A stretch of DNA of 61,967 nucleotides, counting the filler, from Diploschistes diacapsis (lineage: Eukaryota), in the NCBI GenBank assembly GCA_023645945.1. It is 16 parts of 16 records of this genome, joined end to end, with 100 filler letters (N's around TTAATTAATTAA, not from the genome) between each part and the next. Parts side by side here need not be neighbours in the genome. Positions count along the whole stretch, not along the records: positions 37,521 to 39,881 come from JALAIB010002238.1; positions 39,982 to 42,341 come from JALAIB010002239.1; positions 42,442 to 44,801 come from JALAIB010002240.1; positions 44,902 to 47,258 come from JALAIB010002241.1; positions 47,359 to 49,715 come from JALAIB010002242.1; positions 49,816 to 52,171 come from JALAIB010002243.1; 10 more parts are not named here. One strand, 5' to 3'. This document shows, one piece after another, positions 38,216-50,498 of this stretch (the first letter of the stretch is position 1; each line of letters starts with the position of its first letter). The notes beneath the pieces are model-generated. The model worked only from the letters and a program-made list of their open reading frames with translations, did no database searches and was not told the origin of the DNA. Position numbers and translations under genes: made by a program.

Positions 38216-39328
38216 GTCAGTTATATTGTAGTTGAGAAGAAGGATTGTATTATTCTGCAAGAGATGTCTGTAAGCGGATTATATATATTCTGTATGACTA
38301 ATCATGTCCCCCTGCTCCTGCTCCTTCTCACACTCTCCTTAATTCGGTTGTATTGCATCTTCGTATACTCCTTCTAAAAAGTCTGAGATATCCGATGCAG
38401 CTTCCTCTTCGGGGAGCTTCGCCCTAGGCCTAAGTCCCAAACGGGTTCTCTTTCTTTTATTCTTTTTTATCCTTACTATTTTCCTATCCTCTTTTATCTT
38501 CAGGCTCTTATAACCTTTATTACCGAAATATTTGAATGTCGTTTTAACGTTAGAAGGATCCTTTAAGTATGTTTAAGTAATAGTATCTATATTCGGTAAT
38601 ATTATGCCAGTAATACCTTTAAATTCCTCATATTTCCTTTTCCAATTGCTACACTCAGCTTTAAGTCGCAATATCTCTTAACTCTAAAGGTTCATTTTTG
38701 CTTCGACTAAGGTCACGACGTATTTAATAAACTAGAAATCGCTAGCTAGTGTGGTTTCACTACGGAGTTAAGCCCTAAATCCGAAAAGACTTGGCAGAAT
38801 ACTTTTTATTTGTAAATCTGTAGCTAGACAATTTGAACACACCATACAATCGAATCACATATGGTAGCAACGAAAAGGTAACTCACCTAAGGAGTTCTAA
38901 CCTCGGCCAGATTCTAAAGGTCGAGTTTCGAAGAAGATAGATCCTCTTTCGATCGAAACGATTCGATTCGTTTATACTATTCGAATTATTAAGATTTAGG
39001 ATATAGATCACGTGATAAAAATGTTTTTACCGTATTTTCTTACCGCTCAACCCCCCAAAAATTTTTTTACAAACCATTATAAAGATTATCGTTTTCGTTT
39101 ATTAAGAAATTAAAAGAACTTCTGAAATACACGTTATCCTTTTTCGAGTTCTTTAAAAATCTAATATTATCGATCAGATATTATTATGGCCGGAAGAAAA
39201 TTAACCGACCCTATTAAGAAAAAATAGAATCCCGATAGTTAGTCTAATATACCGTAGACGCCGGTAATGCCAGAAAATTGGCGTCTATATCTTTAAAATA
39301 TAGATATTCGGTAAAAAGAACAACAAAT

Positions 39329-39695
39329 TGAGACAGCCCAGCCCAGGGGCCTGCCAAGCTGGGCCTGCCAAGCCACGGCAGGGTCAATGCCCAGGTGCTT
39401 GCCAAGCCACGGCAGGGTCAATGCCCAGGTGCTTGCCAAGCCACGGCAGGGTCAATGCCCAGGTGCTTGCCAAGACACGGCAGGGTCAGGAGGTGGCTGT
39501 GTAGATGAATAGTCCCCGAACCCCGGTAAGCTAGCACCCACACTACTTAACGGTACCCTCCTCCCATCTAGATAATTTCTTTTTCAGCTTTTCGAATCGA
39601 GACCTTTTATTTATAAATACTTAAGCTATATTTAATCCTTCCGAATCAGATCTAACCCTTAATAAAGTAATATCCTTTCTTACGCTAGCGTTTTA
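39329..39695 (+). mobile_element. LTR family A with internal 34-bp tandem array
   Basis: TGAGAC start and gcgtttta (RIP of CA) end. The unit gccaagccacggcagggtcaatgcccaggtgctt starts at 39367, 39401 and 39435, with a partial copy at 39469. Confidence 0.85.
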
Positions 39696-39981
39696 TATTC
39701 GAAAAGTTTATTTTACCTTCGTACTCGTAACGAGAGTTTAAAACGTTAATCGAACATTAAATATTCGAATAAATCCACGATAACCGGAACTCGAAAGTAT
39801 TATTTACCGACTTATTATAAATAATGGCTCTCGTTGATAGAAAGGATTAAAAAAGAAAGAAAAAATCGATAATATTTCCGTNNNNNNNNNNNNNNNNNNN
39901 NNNNNNNNNNNNNNNNNNNNNNNNNTTAATTAATTAANNNNNNNNNNNNNNNNNNNNNNNNNNNNNNNNNNNNNNNNNNNN

Positions 39982-40567
39982 TTTATAGTAATTATAGCAG
40001 GTTTTATTATTAATTTATTCTTTAATGGATATAGTTAGTTTTTCGCTGATTATTTCGGTAGAAATCTTGGTTTCTTTTTTGCCACGATCCTTGTAAGTCC
40101 GCCGGGGGCGAGGGGTGTACGAACTATTGTTTCGGGTATTGACCGCGAAAGTAATTATCTTGTTATAATTATTTACTTTTATATATCGGTCGAGTATATA
40201 TAGTTTATCTTTTATTTCCCGGATCGTTCTAAGGTTTCGATTATAAAAAATAATTTAAAAACGATAGGCTAACTTCTTTCTTATATCTAACACTTGATCT
40301 TCCTCGGGGATCCTTGCCTCGATTATAAGTACCGTGAACTAAATTAAAAATTCGTTAAATTCGTTATTACCTTATTATAGCTTCCGGTAATTATTTCTAA
40401 CGATTAACCGAGTATTTTTATCTATCTATCGATTATCTAGTCGTTTAAATAATATTTCAAGAAAAGTAATTCGACTAATCGAATCTTTATCCGTAAAAAC
40501 TTTTACATAACTAAAGGCTATACCCTTAAAACGAAAGATTATATACGTTATCTTATCGTCGGTTTCG
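39982..40567 (-). mobile_element. RIP-degraded Gypsy gag, interrupted by a family-B element
   Basis: DKITYIIFRFKGIAFSYVK; homologous to 27660-27840. Confidence 0.75.
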
Positions 40568-42341
40568 TGTTATGATCTCTATCTATACAAGGTATACACG
40601 AGTAGGATCAAGGTGGGTTTGGTCTCTGTTAGAAGAGGAGTGTGGTAGGAAAAGAAGATAAAGCAGTTATAGGTTTTAGACTATTTTTAGAAAGAAGGCT
40701 TTAAAATGATAAAAATAACGAATATAAATTGATCCCGAGCAATAATTAGGAATATTTATAAAAATAAATATACTTTCTTTTACGAAAGTAGAGTCGTGTT
40801 TATATATAATTAATTCGCTCGTCGTTTATCGTAAGTTTAGCGAGCGGTATTCTCGAGACTCGCCGTTTATAAGAATAAACGCGACCGTCGAGCGATAACG
40901 AAAGCTTGCTCGCCGCTTATAAGAATAAGTATGAGTAATAAACGCATTACGTGATCCTTAGTCCCGTGATTGATTTATTTATAAAATTAGGACGTGTTAA
41001 GTTTAATATTTGGATCGTAATATTATCCTTTTTTTTTAATATTATCGGCCCGATAATTCGCCGAAGGGTCTAATATAAATATTAAATAAAAGAGAATCTT
41101 AAGTCGTGAGATAACGATATCTTTTTTAACTTCTCGTAATCGGTCCGTTAAACGAATCTAATTTTCCCGTTCTATCGCTCGTTATAAAATCCTTATTATT
41201 TTTTTTTATAAATATTATTCTTTTAACGATAAGTTTTATTTCGTTATACCGTTTGGTTCTAAAGTTTTAAAATATTCGAAATATGTACGCCGTGATCGTC
41301 CTTGCGTGGAAATGTTATAAACTCGCTTAAAACGGACATAAAATGTATTAAAGCGGTTTATATAAAAGGATATTAACCGGTTTTTTAAACTTATTCGTCG
41401 TATCGAGCGGAATAAACTTCTTTTATAAAAAACATAAACCCGTGTTAATATAAAGATAGAATATCTGGCTGAATTATTGGCTGTAAAAAACAAAAACTTA
41501 AATCGTATTATGATTAATATGTCGATGTTTGAGGCGAAGATTCTTAACGGAAATCCATCCTTTTTCGTTAATGATCCCGGGGAGTTGTCTTCGTTGAATG
41601 GAGGTGCCGCTACTTAACTAGCTGGTTTATTTGGCTGGTAAGTCTGCGGTATTTTTTTAACTTGCTCCCGCAGTTGCTCAAGTTTTCTAGGAGTTCCCAC
41701 GTGTTCTATTCTGACGGATATCTTTTTTATTTAATAAGGAATCTTTTAAAACTATTATTTAAAATTTTCTCGATTTCGTATTCGTTTTTATTATTAGGTT
41801 CGAAGTAGAAAATTTTTTATAATAGTATATCTGGATGTGCTAGTTCGAGATATCGCGAATGAAATATTGGATAAATTCTCGCGTTTTTTGGTAGCTTGAA
41901 TCGATAATTAACTCGTTTAATTTCGTCCGGTATGACGGGTTGTTTATCGATAAGAAAGGGTCCGATTTTAACGTAATCGAGTTTCTTAAAGGGTTTGCGT
42001 GTTCTGAAATTGTTTGTGTATAAATAGACCTTATTTTCTTTTTTTAATTAAGGATTCTTCTTTAAGATCGCGTGTCTTCTAATATCATTCAGTATCTCGT
42101 TATTAAGTGATCGTGTATTTTAAATCTTTTTAACTTCTTTATATTTGTTGTTAAGGCAGTATTCGGTATTTGATAATAGTTCAACCTAATTATTTATATT
42201 CTGGTTAACGTAATGCCGTAAGTATTATTCGAGAATTTAATTTTTTTTTTTATCTAATCGTTTGTTTATAGGTAATAAACGTTTAAATACTTTAGCTTCC
42301 TGTCGGACGTTTTTATTATAATTTTCTAGTATCTTTAGATA
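40568..42341 (-). mobile_element. Chromovirus 3' end: integrase, chromodomain, PPT and 3' LTR family B (40568-41022)
   Basis: EYEIEKIL..RFLIK*K.YPSE*NTWE..ENLSNC; reverse PPT ttatcctttt after the LTR; LTR matches 48935-49389 and 61473-61927. Confidence 0.9.
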
Positions 42342-42441
42342 NNNNNNNNNNNNNNNNNNNNNNNNNNNNNNNNNNNNNNNNNNNNTTAATTAATTAANNN
42401 NNNNNNNNNNNNNNNNNNNNNNNNNNNNNNNNNNNNNNNNN

Positions 42442-43197
42442 AAGAAAATATTTATATAATATAATAAATATATTTATTATATTTATTATTCAACGGTTAT
42501 ATTCTTGAACATTTTTTTTTATAAAAGTGATAATTTATTTAATTTAATATCGCGATAACGGTTTATAATATCTAAATAATCCTAGTTTGCTTATCGCTTA
42601 TGTATTATTTCGACTATTAATACCGTTTTAATAATAGTTTTTTTATTTTCTCGACGAGGGTATCTTTTCTTGCTTTTATTATTTAGTTTTTTTTAAGCTT
42701 TATATCTTGTCTTATTTTTAATAATATGGTTTTCACTATTTCTGATATATTCTTTAATATAGATTCGAAATCATCTTCTTATTTTAACGATTCGTTTATT
42801 AATATTTTATTCTTAAATTACGAGTCTCGTTCTTATTACGGGATATAATCTAAATCTTCTTTATTAAATAGAATAATTTTAGATCGTTTATTTCTTTCTT
42901 TTCTTTCACTTTCTTTTATTTTAATTTAATTGCGCGGGTTTACCCTACGTGTACGTTATAAAGAACGTGTTATCTTATCGGATCGTCGTCTTTAAAAAAG
43001 ATAAAATAATTAAAACTATAAAAAATAGAATAGGACAATATAGCAAGATAACTATACGCAAGGCAGGTTCATACTAGGACTAATTATTAAAGAAAAAAAG
43101 AGAGTAAGAAGGAAAAAATCCCCCTTTAAGTACCAGCAAGCCAAGACCCTGAACGCCGCTTGTCCGACTCTTGGCATGCTCCTCGCTTGGCCTTACA
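42442..43197 (-). mobile_element. Gypsy 5' LTR family E (43017-43197) plus gag start
   Basis: Reverse-complement homolog of 52987-53745, differing mainly by C>T/G>A transitions. Confidence 0.85.
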
Positions 43198-44473
43198 GTA
43201 AGCACCGCGCTGTTGTTCGGGTTTTTAGCCGCCTCCGTTTCTTCGTTTAGTTGATCAGTAAGGTACTTCGCTTGTTTTATAGATTTCTTTTCGATTAATT
43301 TAAGAATCTTTCGTAATCATTTTATCCGGGCCTTATGTTCCATTAGTTGAAAGAAAAGCTTTCGTCTTTTCTCTTCTTTTAATTCTAATCTAGACTTCGC
43401 CTAAGTACACATCCTATTTATAATCTTTTAAGATGTCGATACATAGTTCTTCCGACCAAAACAAGTACACCTTTCATAACGGGAAGAAATGGACGGTATG
43501 ATAATATAACGGTAAGAAACAGAATAGTAAAAATAAAAGAAGTTAACGATTTTGTTTACTCGAAGGATTCGATCGGCAAGTTTATGGTTGCGAGAAGTTA
43601 AAAAAGATATCGTTGTTTTACGATTTAAGATTCTTTTTTGTTTAGTATTTATATTTATTTTTCGGAACTTGTCGGGCCGATAAGACTGAAGAAAAAATAT
43701 AGTATTACGATTTAAATAATTAAATAATAGTTTATTTAATATTTTATAATTAATCGGGCACTTCTTAATTTTTTCATATATATAGCTAATCACGGATATT
43801 AAATTACGTGAGACAGCTCAGCCCAGGGGCCTGCCAAGCTGGGGCTGCCAAGCCACGGCGGGGTCAATGCCCAGGTGCTTGCCAAGACACGGCAGGGTCA
43901 GGGGGTGGCTGTGTAGACGGGTAGTCCCCGAACCCCAGTAGGTCTAACATCCATACTACTTAACGGTGCCTTCCTCCCACCTAAATAGTTTCTTCTTCAG
44001 CTTTTCGAATCGAGACCTTTTACCTGTAGATGCTCAGCTACACATAATCCTTCCGGATCAGGCCCAGCCCCCGGTAGTGTAGTATCTCATTCCTGCGCTG
44101 GCGTTTCATTCCGTGATTGATAGATGTTCGATGATAAATGTTTATTAAAACGAATTTACCCGAGCAGTTATTTATTAGTAATAGTTCTATCGTGACAGCT
44201 TTGTTATCGGCAATCAGCTGTCGTTTTAAATTATATAAAAACATCATTATGGTTCCTGTAAGTCGCGGTGTGTTTATTTCTATAGATATCTTTAATTCTT
44301 ACACGAGATCAATTTATATTCGTTATTTCTATTATTTTAAAGCTTTTTTCCAGAGATCAGTACCGATTTATAATTGATCTACTTCTTTATCTATTTGCAT
44401 TCCTTTTCTATACGAGACCAAACCTACCTTGATCAATACCTCGTGTCTACCTTGTAGAGATAGAGATCATGAC
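43198..44473 (+). mobile_element. Chromovirus 3' region and B-related 3' LTR (43703-44473) containing a nested family-A solo LTR (43809-44108)
   Basis: Homologous to 27150-27546. The outer LTR ends ...gagatcatgac. The inner LTR runs TGAGAC..GTTTCA, with flanks ttacg/ttccg. Confidence 0.8.
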
Positions 44474-44901
44474 GTATTAAACCGGAACGATACGAATATT
44501 ATATATACATTATCGAATCATGTTTAGTTAAGTCTGATTATCGATTACGACGGTAATAATATCTATAATATCGACATCAGCCTTAGAAATCTAACGAAAT
44601 ATTTTTTATATAACTCGAATTTAAAGCTATCTCGACTAACCCGAAGAAGCTTAAATCGAAGCTAAATAACGGAATTACAGTTTACGGACATAAACATTAA
44701 GTAATGAAGTTATAACGGCTTATCGATAGTTATCTTAATCTATTTATTAATACCGACAATATCAATATATCAGAGCGATTAAAGATCTTATTAATCAGCG
44801 TNNNNNNNNNNNNNNNNNNNNNNNNNNNNNNNNNNNNNNNNNNNNTTAATTAATTAANNNNNNNNNNNNNNNNNNNNNNNNNNNNNNNNNNNNNNNNNNN
44901 N

Positions 44902-46295
44902 TTATTAAAATGAATATCCGCGTCATGCTAAAAAAACCGTAATAAGGATACGCCTTTTAAAATTATATAACGATAACTTAATGCTATATTAAAAATATAA
45001 TTATAATTAAATCTGAATTAAACGGTTCATTTATAACACCTAAAGAACATTAAATAGGAAAAAAGCCGTCAATAGATCACTTCCGCGTCTAAAAATTAAA
45101 ATATTATAACTATATAAATCCAAAATTATTACCTAAACGACAAAATAAGCTAATAAATAGAACAAAATTCTATATATTAATTAAATACACCGACACCGAT
45201 AGATAGTATAAGATCTAAGTATTAAATCTTTAAAAAATCATTAGAACGAGTTCGATCAGATTTAAAAAAGATAAAACGTTTAATCTTTAAGAACTGAAAC
45301 TTCCCGAAAATTATAAGGAAAACGATAACATAATACCTATCCGAAAGTTAATAGAACGACTAACCGCTGACCCAGTACATAATATCGGAGAAATAAATAT
45401 CTCGTCAATAATAAACGGCAATAACACGTCAATCACGAGCGATAACAGAGCATCAATAATACAAAAACAGGGAATTTAAACGAATATACTGAACCATCTA
45501 AATCAATAATAAATCACAACATCCTAAAGACCAATACTCCAGCTAAAAGATCTAAACCAATAATAGATTACGGCACCCTAGAGACCGATATTCCAGTCAA
45601 AAAGTTCCTCCGAATAAAAATTTTAAAAAAAAATACTAAACTTAAATTCAATCTTAAACCTAAATTCCGCCCTAAACCTGAACCCGCCAAGATAGACGAA
45701 AAAAATACTCCAATAATAATAACTATATATCAGAATAAAGAGCTATTTAACACGACCCTTGTTACTAACAAACAAGAACGGGATAATAAAAAGTACTCGT
45801 CGATTAAAACCTTAAAGAATCTTATCGCACTAATCGCCAGCGAATAAGAAATAACCAGCAATATTAAGCTAAAATTATCTCGAATTAGTATTCTAAAAAG
45901 CTATAAAAAAGCCGTCAATAACCCAATTTTTAAAAGGGAATAAAAGGAAGCAATAAGGAAGAAGATCGATTCTTTACTCCTAAATTAAACCTGAACTGAA
46001 CTACCTAAACCAAAGAATACTAACATAATAAGCTCCAGATGGGTATTCGACGTAAAATACAATCTTAATAGCGATATTAAGAAGTTTAAGGCTAGACTAA
46101 TCGCAAAAAGGTTCTCGTATAAACAAAAAATCGACTTTAATGAGATATTTACTCTTATTATTCGAACGGATTCCCTACGTATCTTATTAATAATCATCGC
46201 AGCAAAAGATCTAGAATGTCATTAGATAGACGTTAATAACGCGTTCACGGAAACGTCATTAACATATTAGATCTATATGGCGTTATTTGAATTTA
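44902..46295 (+). mobile_element. RIP-degraded Ty1/Copia integrase C-terminus and reverse transcriptase
   Basis: *KEAI..KIDSL..N*T*, SSRWVFDVKY, KFKARLIAK.FS...IDFNEIF and IDVNNAF. Confidence 0.9.
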
Positions 46296-46570
46296 TAGGC
46301 TGGCCGTTGCGTGCCACGGTCACCGACACGGACATTACCGCGAATGTTTTCTCGGCACGGACACTTCCACGGACACTACCGCGAATGTTTTCTCGGCACG
46401 GACACTTCCACGGACACTACACTACAGTAAAAGCACGGACACGGATACTACAATTAAAAATTTTAAAACACGGATACTTCCACGGACATTACACTACAAT
46501 AAAAACACGAACATAAACACTACGGCTAAAAATTTTAAAACACGGACATTTCCACGAATATTATATTATA
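46296..46570. mobile_element. TAGGCTGGCC-ended element terminus with ACACGGA subterminal arrays, inserted in Copia RT
   Basis: taggctggccgttgcgtgccacgg followed by repeated cacggacac units. Confidence 0.75.
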
Positions 46571-47358
46571 ATACAGTACATCACCCGACACCAACTTGGA
46601 TTAAACTAATTATCCCGTTCTCTTAAGTACTATTAATATATAGCAAATTGAAAAGAAATCGAAATAAAGAAAAGGACTGATATCCTACCGACGAAATACT
46701 TGACAAGCGCCCCCCAGGGCAACAGCGGAGAGATGGCAGCGATGCAACGAGAAGGAGGAGAGTCGCGTCGCGACGCGGTTCATCCTCAGCAGGACCGCGT
46801 AGGCGGGCCGGCGGGGAGCTCGAACGCAAAAAATAAATCAAAAAACGTAATATAAACAATCGAAACATACGTAAAAATAAAATAAAACGAAAAATTAATA
46901 TAATTCTAAATTATAATAACGGAAGCAATACGCAAGAACGGCGCCGACGCGTCGGAACTTAATCGTAAAAAAAACGCGTCGAAATTTAAAAAAAACTAAA
47001 TTCGATTAAAAAAAATATAAAAACGATATAAAATATTATAAAAAAATTAAAAAATAAGTATAATAATATCGGGAATAAAAATTAAATTTAAATAACGAAT
47101 ACTTTTTTCGGAAGAAAGAATAAAATATTAAAAATATTAAAAAAAACGATTAAAAAAATTATAATTCGGTTAAAAAATAAAATATAAACGAGAAAATAAT
47201 AAAATAAATCCGAATTAATAACGGACGCGAAAAAAATCGGGATAAAGAATATTATTATNNNNNNNNNNNNNNNNNNNNNNNNNNNNNNNNNNNNNNNNNN
47301 NNTTAATTAATTAANNNNNNNNNNNNNNNNNNNNNNNNNNNNNNNNNNNNNNNNNNNN

Positions 47359-48225
47359 AATTTAATTGTATTAAAAAATGATTCTTAAACGTACGATTAA
47401 TTTAATCGAATATAATTTTCCGCCGCCATCAAACGATATACGCGATATAACCGATTTAATACGCGTAATTCAAAAGACGCGGCTGGTCGAATCACGATAA
47501 ATATAAGATTTCGTATGAAGGTAAAAAATGTTTAAAATACGATTTTAACGTAAAATCGATTATTAAAAATATTAATTAAAGATTTACGAATCGTACGAAA
47601 TTGATTCGATCTCGTACGTAACGTAATTAATAAATATGATATTTTCGATTCGGATATTTATAATTTCGATGAAACCGGCTTTTCTTATAAGAATATTAAA
47701 TTATATAAAGGTCGTAATTACTTTAGATCGTAAAAATAGATTTCGTACGAAATAATCCGGTAATCGAGACTAAATTTTTATTATTTAAATTATTTACGCG
47801 GACGATTATACGTTAAATAATAATTCTGAAATCGAGATCAAGACACTTCGTACGGCGAATAAAGTACTTAACAAACGAAAAAAGATTAAAAAAACGCGCG
47901 TACGAGTTAAAAAATCACTTAAGGTATTAGAAATAATCGTAATATAGTTTTCAAAGATCGAAATTCGTATAAAGGAATCTGATATATCTGAAAATAAAGG
48001 TCGTACGAATGAAATCGGATTACGCGTACGACGTTATAATAAATATAATTAGTCCGGGTATAATGCGCGAACTTACGAAATAGAATCTATAACTTTTAAA
48101 GAAGATATTAATATTTAATAGAATAAATTATCGTAAGAATTGATTTCGTAAATGTAGTTGTAATTCGTACGAATCGAGAAGGATGTCCGCTCGCTATGAG
48201 TGTCCGCTCGTTATGCATATACGTT
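47359..48225 (+). mobile_element. RIP-degraded Fot1/pogo transposase with 3' TIR
   Basis: YDIFDSDIYNFDETGF; RVRRYNKYN*SGYNARTY (RRCxxCxxxGHNARTC); bipartite TIR gtccgctcg..gtccgctcg..atacgt-TA. Confidence 0.85.
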
Positions 48226-48296
48226 ATATCTTTTATAAAATAAAAAATAAGGAAATAAAAATTAAAGTAATAATTTAATTATTTTATAAATATATA

Positions 48297-48934
48297 ACGT
48301 GTTTCACGGGTCAGCTCGGCCATCCCCAAAGCTCGGCCACCTTACATTCCGATATTCATCATTCGTTCGGTTTTCCTTGATAATAACCGCTTCGCATCGA
48401 AATAACTTAATATTATTAAAATCGGATATTAACGACTGTTTACAGGTTTTAAATTTTAAATAATATATTAGCATTCGAGCGGTCGTTCGCGCTTTTAAAG
48501 TTTCTCGATCGACCGTTATGGATCGATTTAATAAAAGATAATTTAATTTTAATAGCCACGAATCGGCTTAAATCTTCTTAAATTTAAAAGAAAAGATATT
48601 AATACGAAAGATTATACGTTTTATATTAACCGGCTTTCCTATATTGCTTACGTTTATAATAAATATGGCCGAAAAGATTCGACGCGAACGACTTCGATTT
48701 AGATCGAATTTAGAAATTATAATCGCGAATCTTTAATTTATCGATAAATATTAGATAACGTGTTTCACGGTCATCTGGGCCACCCCCCCATCTAGGCCAC
48801 CTCAAATCACTACCGTTAATATTCTACGGTTTTTAGATACAACCTATTCGTCATAATTAGAATCTAATCGATCTGAATCGAATCTATTTTCCTTTTCTTT
48901 ATCTTTCTCGATTTTAAAAACGTGACGACGTTTT
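48297..48934 (+). mobile_element. Two nested Fot1/pogo 5' ends (TIRs at ~48297 and ~48758) with degraded HTH region
   Basis: TA-acgtgtttcacgg..ggcca..ggccacc occurs twice; SIRAVVRAFKVSRSTVMDR is a psq-HTH-like segment. Confidence 0.75.
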
Positions 48935-49715
48935 TGTTATGATCTCTATCTATACAAGGTATACACGAGTAGGATCAAGGTGGGTTTGGTCTCTGTTAGA
49001 AGAGGAATGTGGCAGGAGAAGAAGATAGAGTAGTTATAAATCTTAGACTATTTTTGATAAAAAGGCTCTAAAATAATAGAAATAACGAATATAAATTGAT
49101 CCCGAGTAATCGTTAAAGATATTTATAAAAATAAACACGCCCTTTTTCACGAAGGTAAAGTCGTGCTTATATATAATTAACTCGTTCGCCGCTTACCGTA
49201 AGCTTAACGAGCGGTGTTTTCGAGACTCGCCGCTTATAAGAATAAACGCGACCGTCGAACGGTAACGAAAGCCCGTTCGCCGTTCATAAGAATAAGCGCG
49301 AGTAGTGAGCGTATTACGTGATCTCTAATCCCGTGATTGATTTATATATAAAATTAGGACGTATTAAGTCTGGTATTTAGATCGTAATATTATCCTTTTC
49401 CTTCAATATTATCGGCCCGATGATTCGCCGAAAAATCTAATATAAGTATTAAATAAAAAAGAATCTCAAATCGTAAAATAATGATGTTTTTTTTAACTTC
49501 TCGCAATCGGTCCGTTGAACGAATCTAATTTTCTCGTTTTATCGCTCGTTATAAAATCCTTATTACTTTTTTTTATAAATATTATTCTTTTAACGACAAG
49601 TTTTGTTTCGTTATGTTATTTGGTTCTAAGATCCTGAAATATTCGGAATATGTACGCCGTGATCGTTCTTACGTGGAAATATTATAAACTCGTTTAGAAC
49701 GGACATAAGATATAT
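48935..49715 (-). mobile_element. Chromovirus 3' LTR family B (48935-49389), PPT and 3' region
   Basis: Near-identical to 40568-41350 apart from transitions. Confidence 0.9.
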
Positions 49716-49815
49716 NNNNNNNNNNNNNNNNNNNNNNNNNNNNNNNNNNNNNNNNNNNNTTAATTAATTAANNNNNNNNNNNNNNNNNNNNNNNNNNNNN
49801 NNNNNNNNNNNNNNN

Positions 49816-50264
49816 TTTAAGTTAGTATTCTGACAAATATAATAAATATCATCGAATATTCGGCTTAGTAATACATGAAATATTTTAAAGGGGTAACGAA
49901 TATTCTAGATTAAATAATTATTAAGTACACTAGCGTGAAATGTGCCTATAAAATGCCTCTCACTTCTCATTGTTCATAGTTATAACCTTCATCATCTTCA
50001 ATATTAATATTAAATAATAGTCAGTTAGGTAGACTAGCCAGCCTAGGAATTGTTTCTTAGTTAAGATTAATTCCGAATATATCTTAGCCTCTTATAGTTT
50101 ATATCGGGAAACTTCCACTACTTTTAACAGGAATAAAAAGCTTATAATAAATTTTTAAAACGCTCGAAAAATACTTCTAAATCAGTATAATACACTAGCT
50201 ATTATTTTAAAAAAAAGGTGCTAAGACGCCAAGACAAATCGATTAACTTTTGTAACGTACTATA
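49816..50264. mobile_element. Degenerate DNA element ending in a Tc1-like TIR
   Basis: Ends ttaacttttgtaacgtacta-TA; a mirror-image terminus lies at ~51898. Confidence 0.55.
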
Positions 50265-50498
50265 TGTTTAGAGAATTGATCTCAACGTCTTATAATTAGT
50301 AAGTCTGTTTTATTATTTATTTCTACAATACGTGGCTCTGGCACCAATCAATTTCATATGTCAATCTGTTTTATGAGTAGTAGCCAGATAAACCACTATC
50401 CCTTAAAATACATTGACCATAAACGTCATTGTATTTACTTAATCATATCAGTATCGATTGTGAAACGTGCCTTATAAGTAAGATGTTTATTAATGCGT

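Noticed and set aside
39367..39488. 34-bp direct repeats as a CRISPR array
   Set aside because: Head-to-tail units with no spacers, inside a fungal LTR, and no cas genes.
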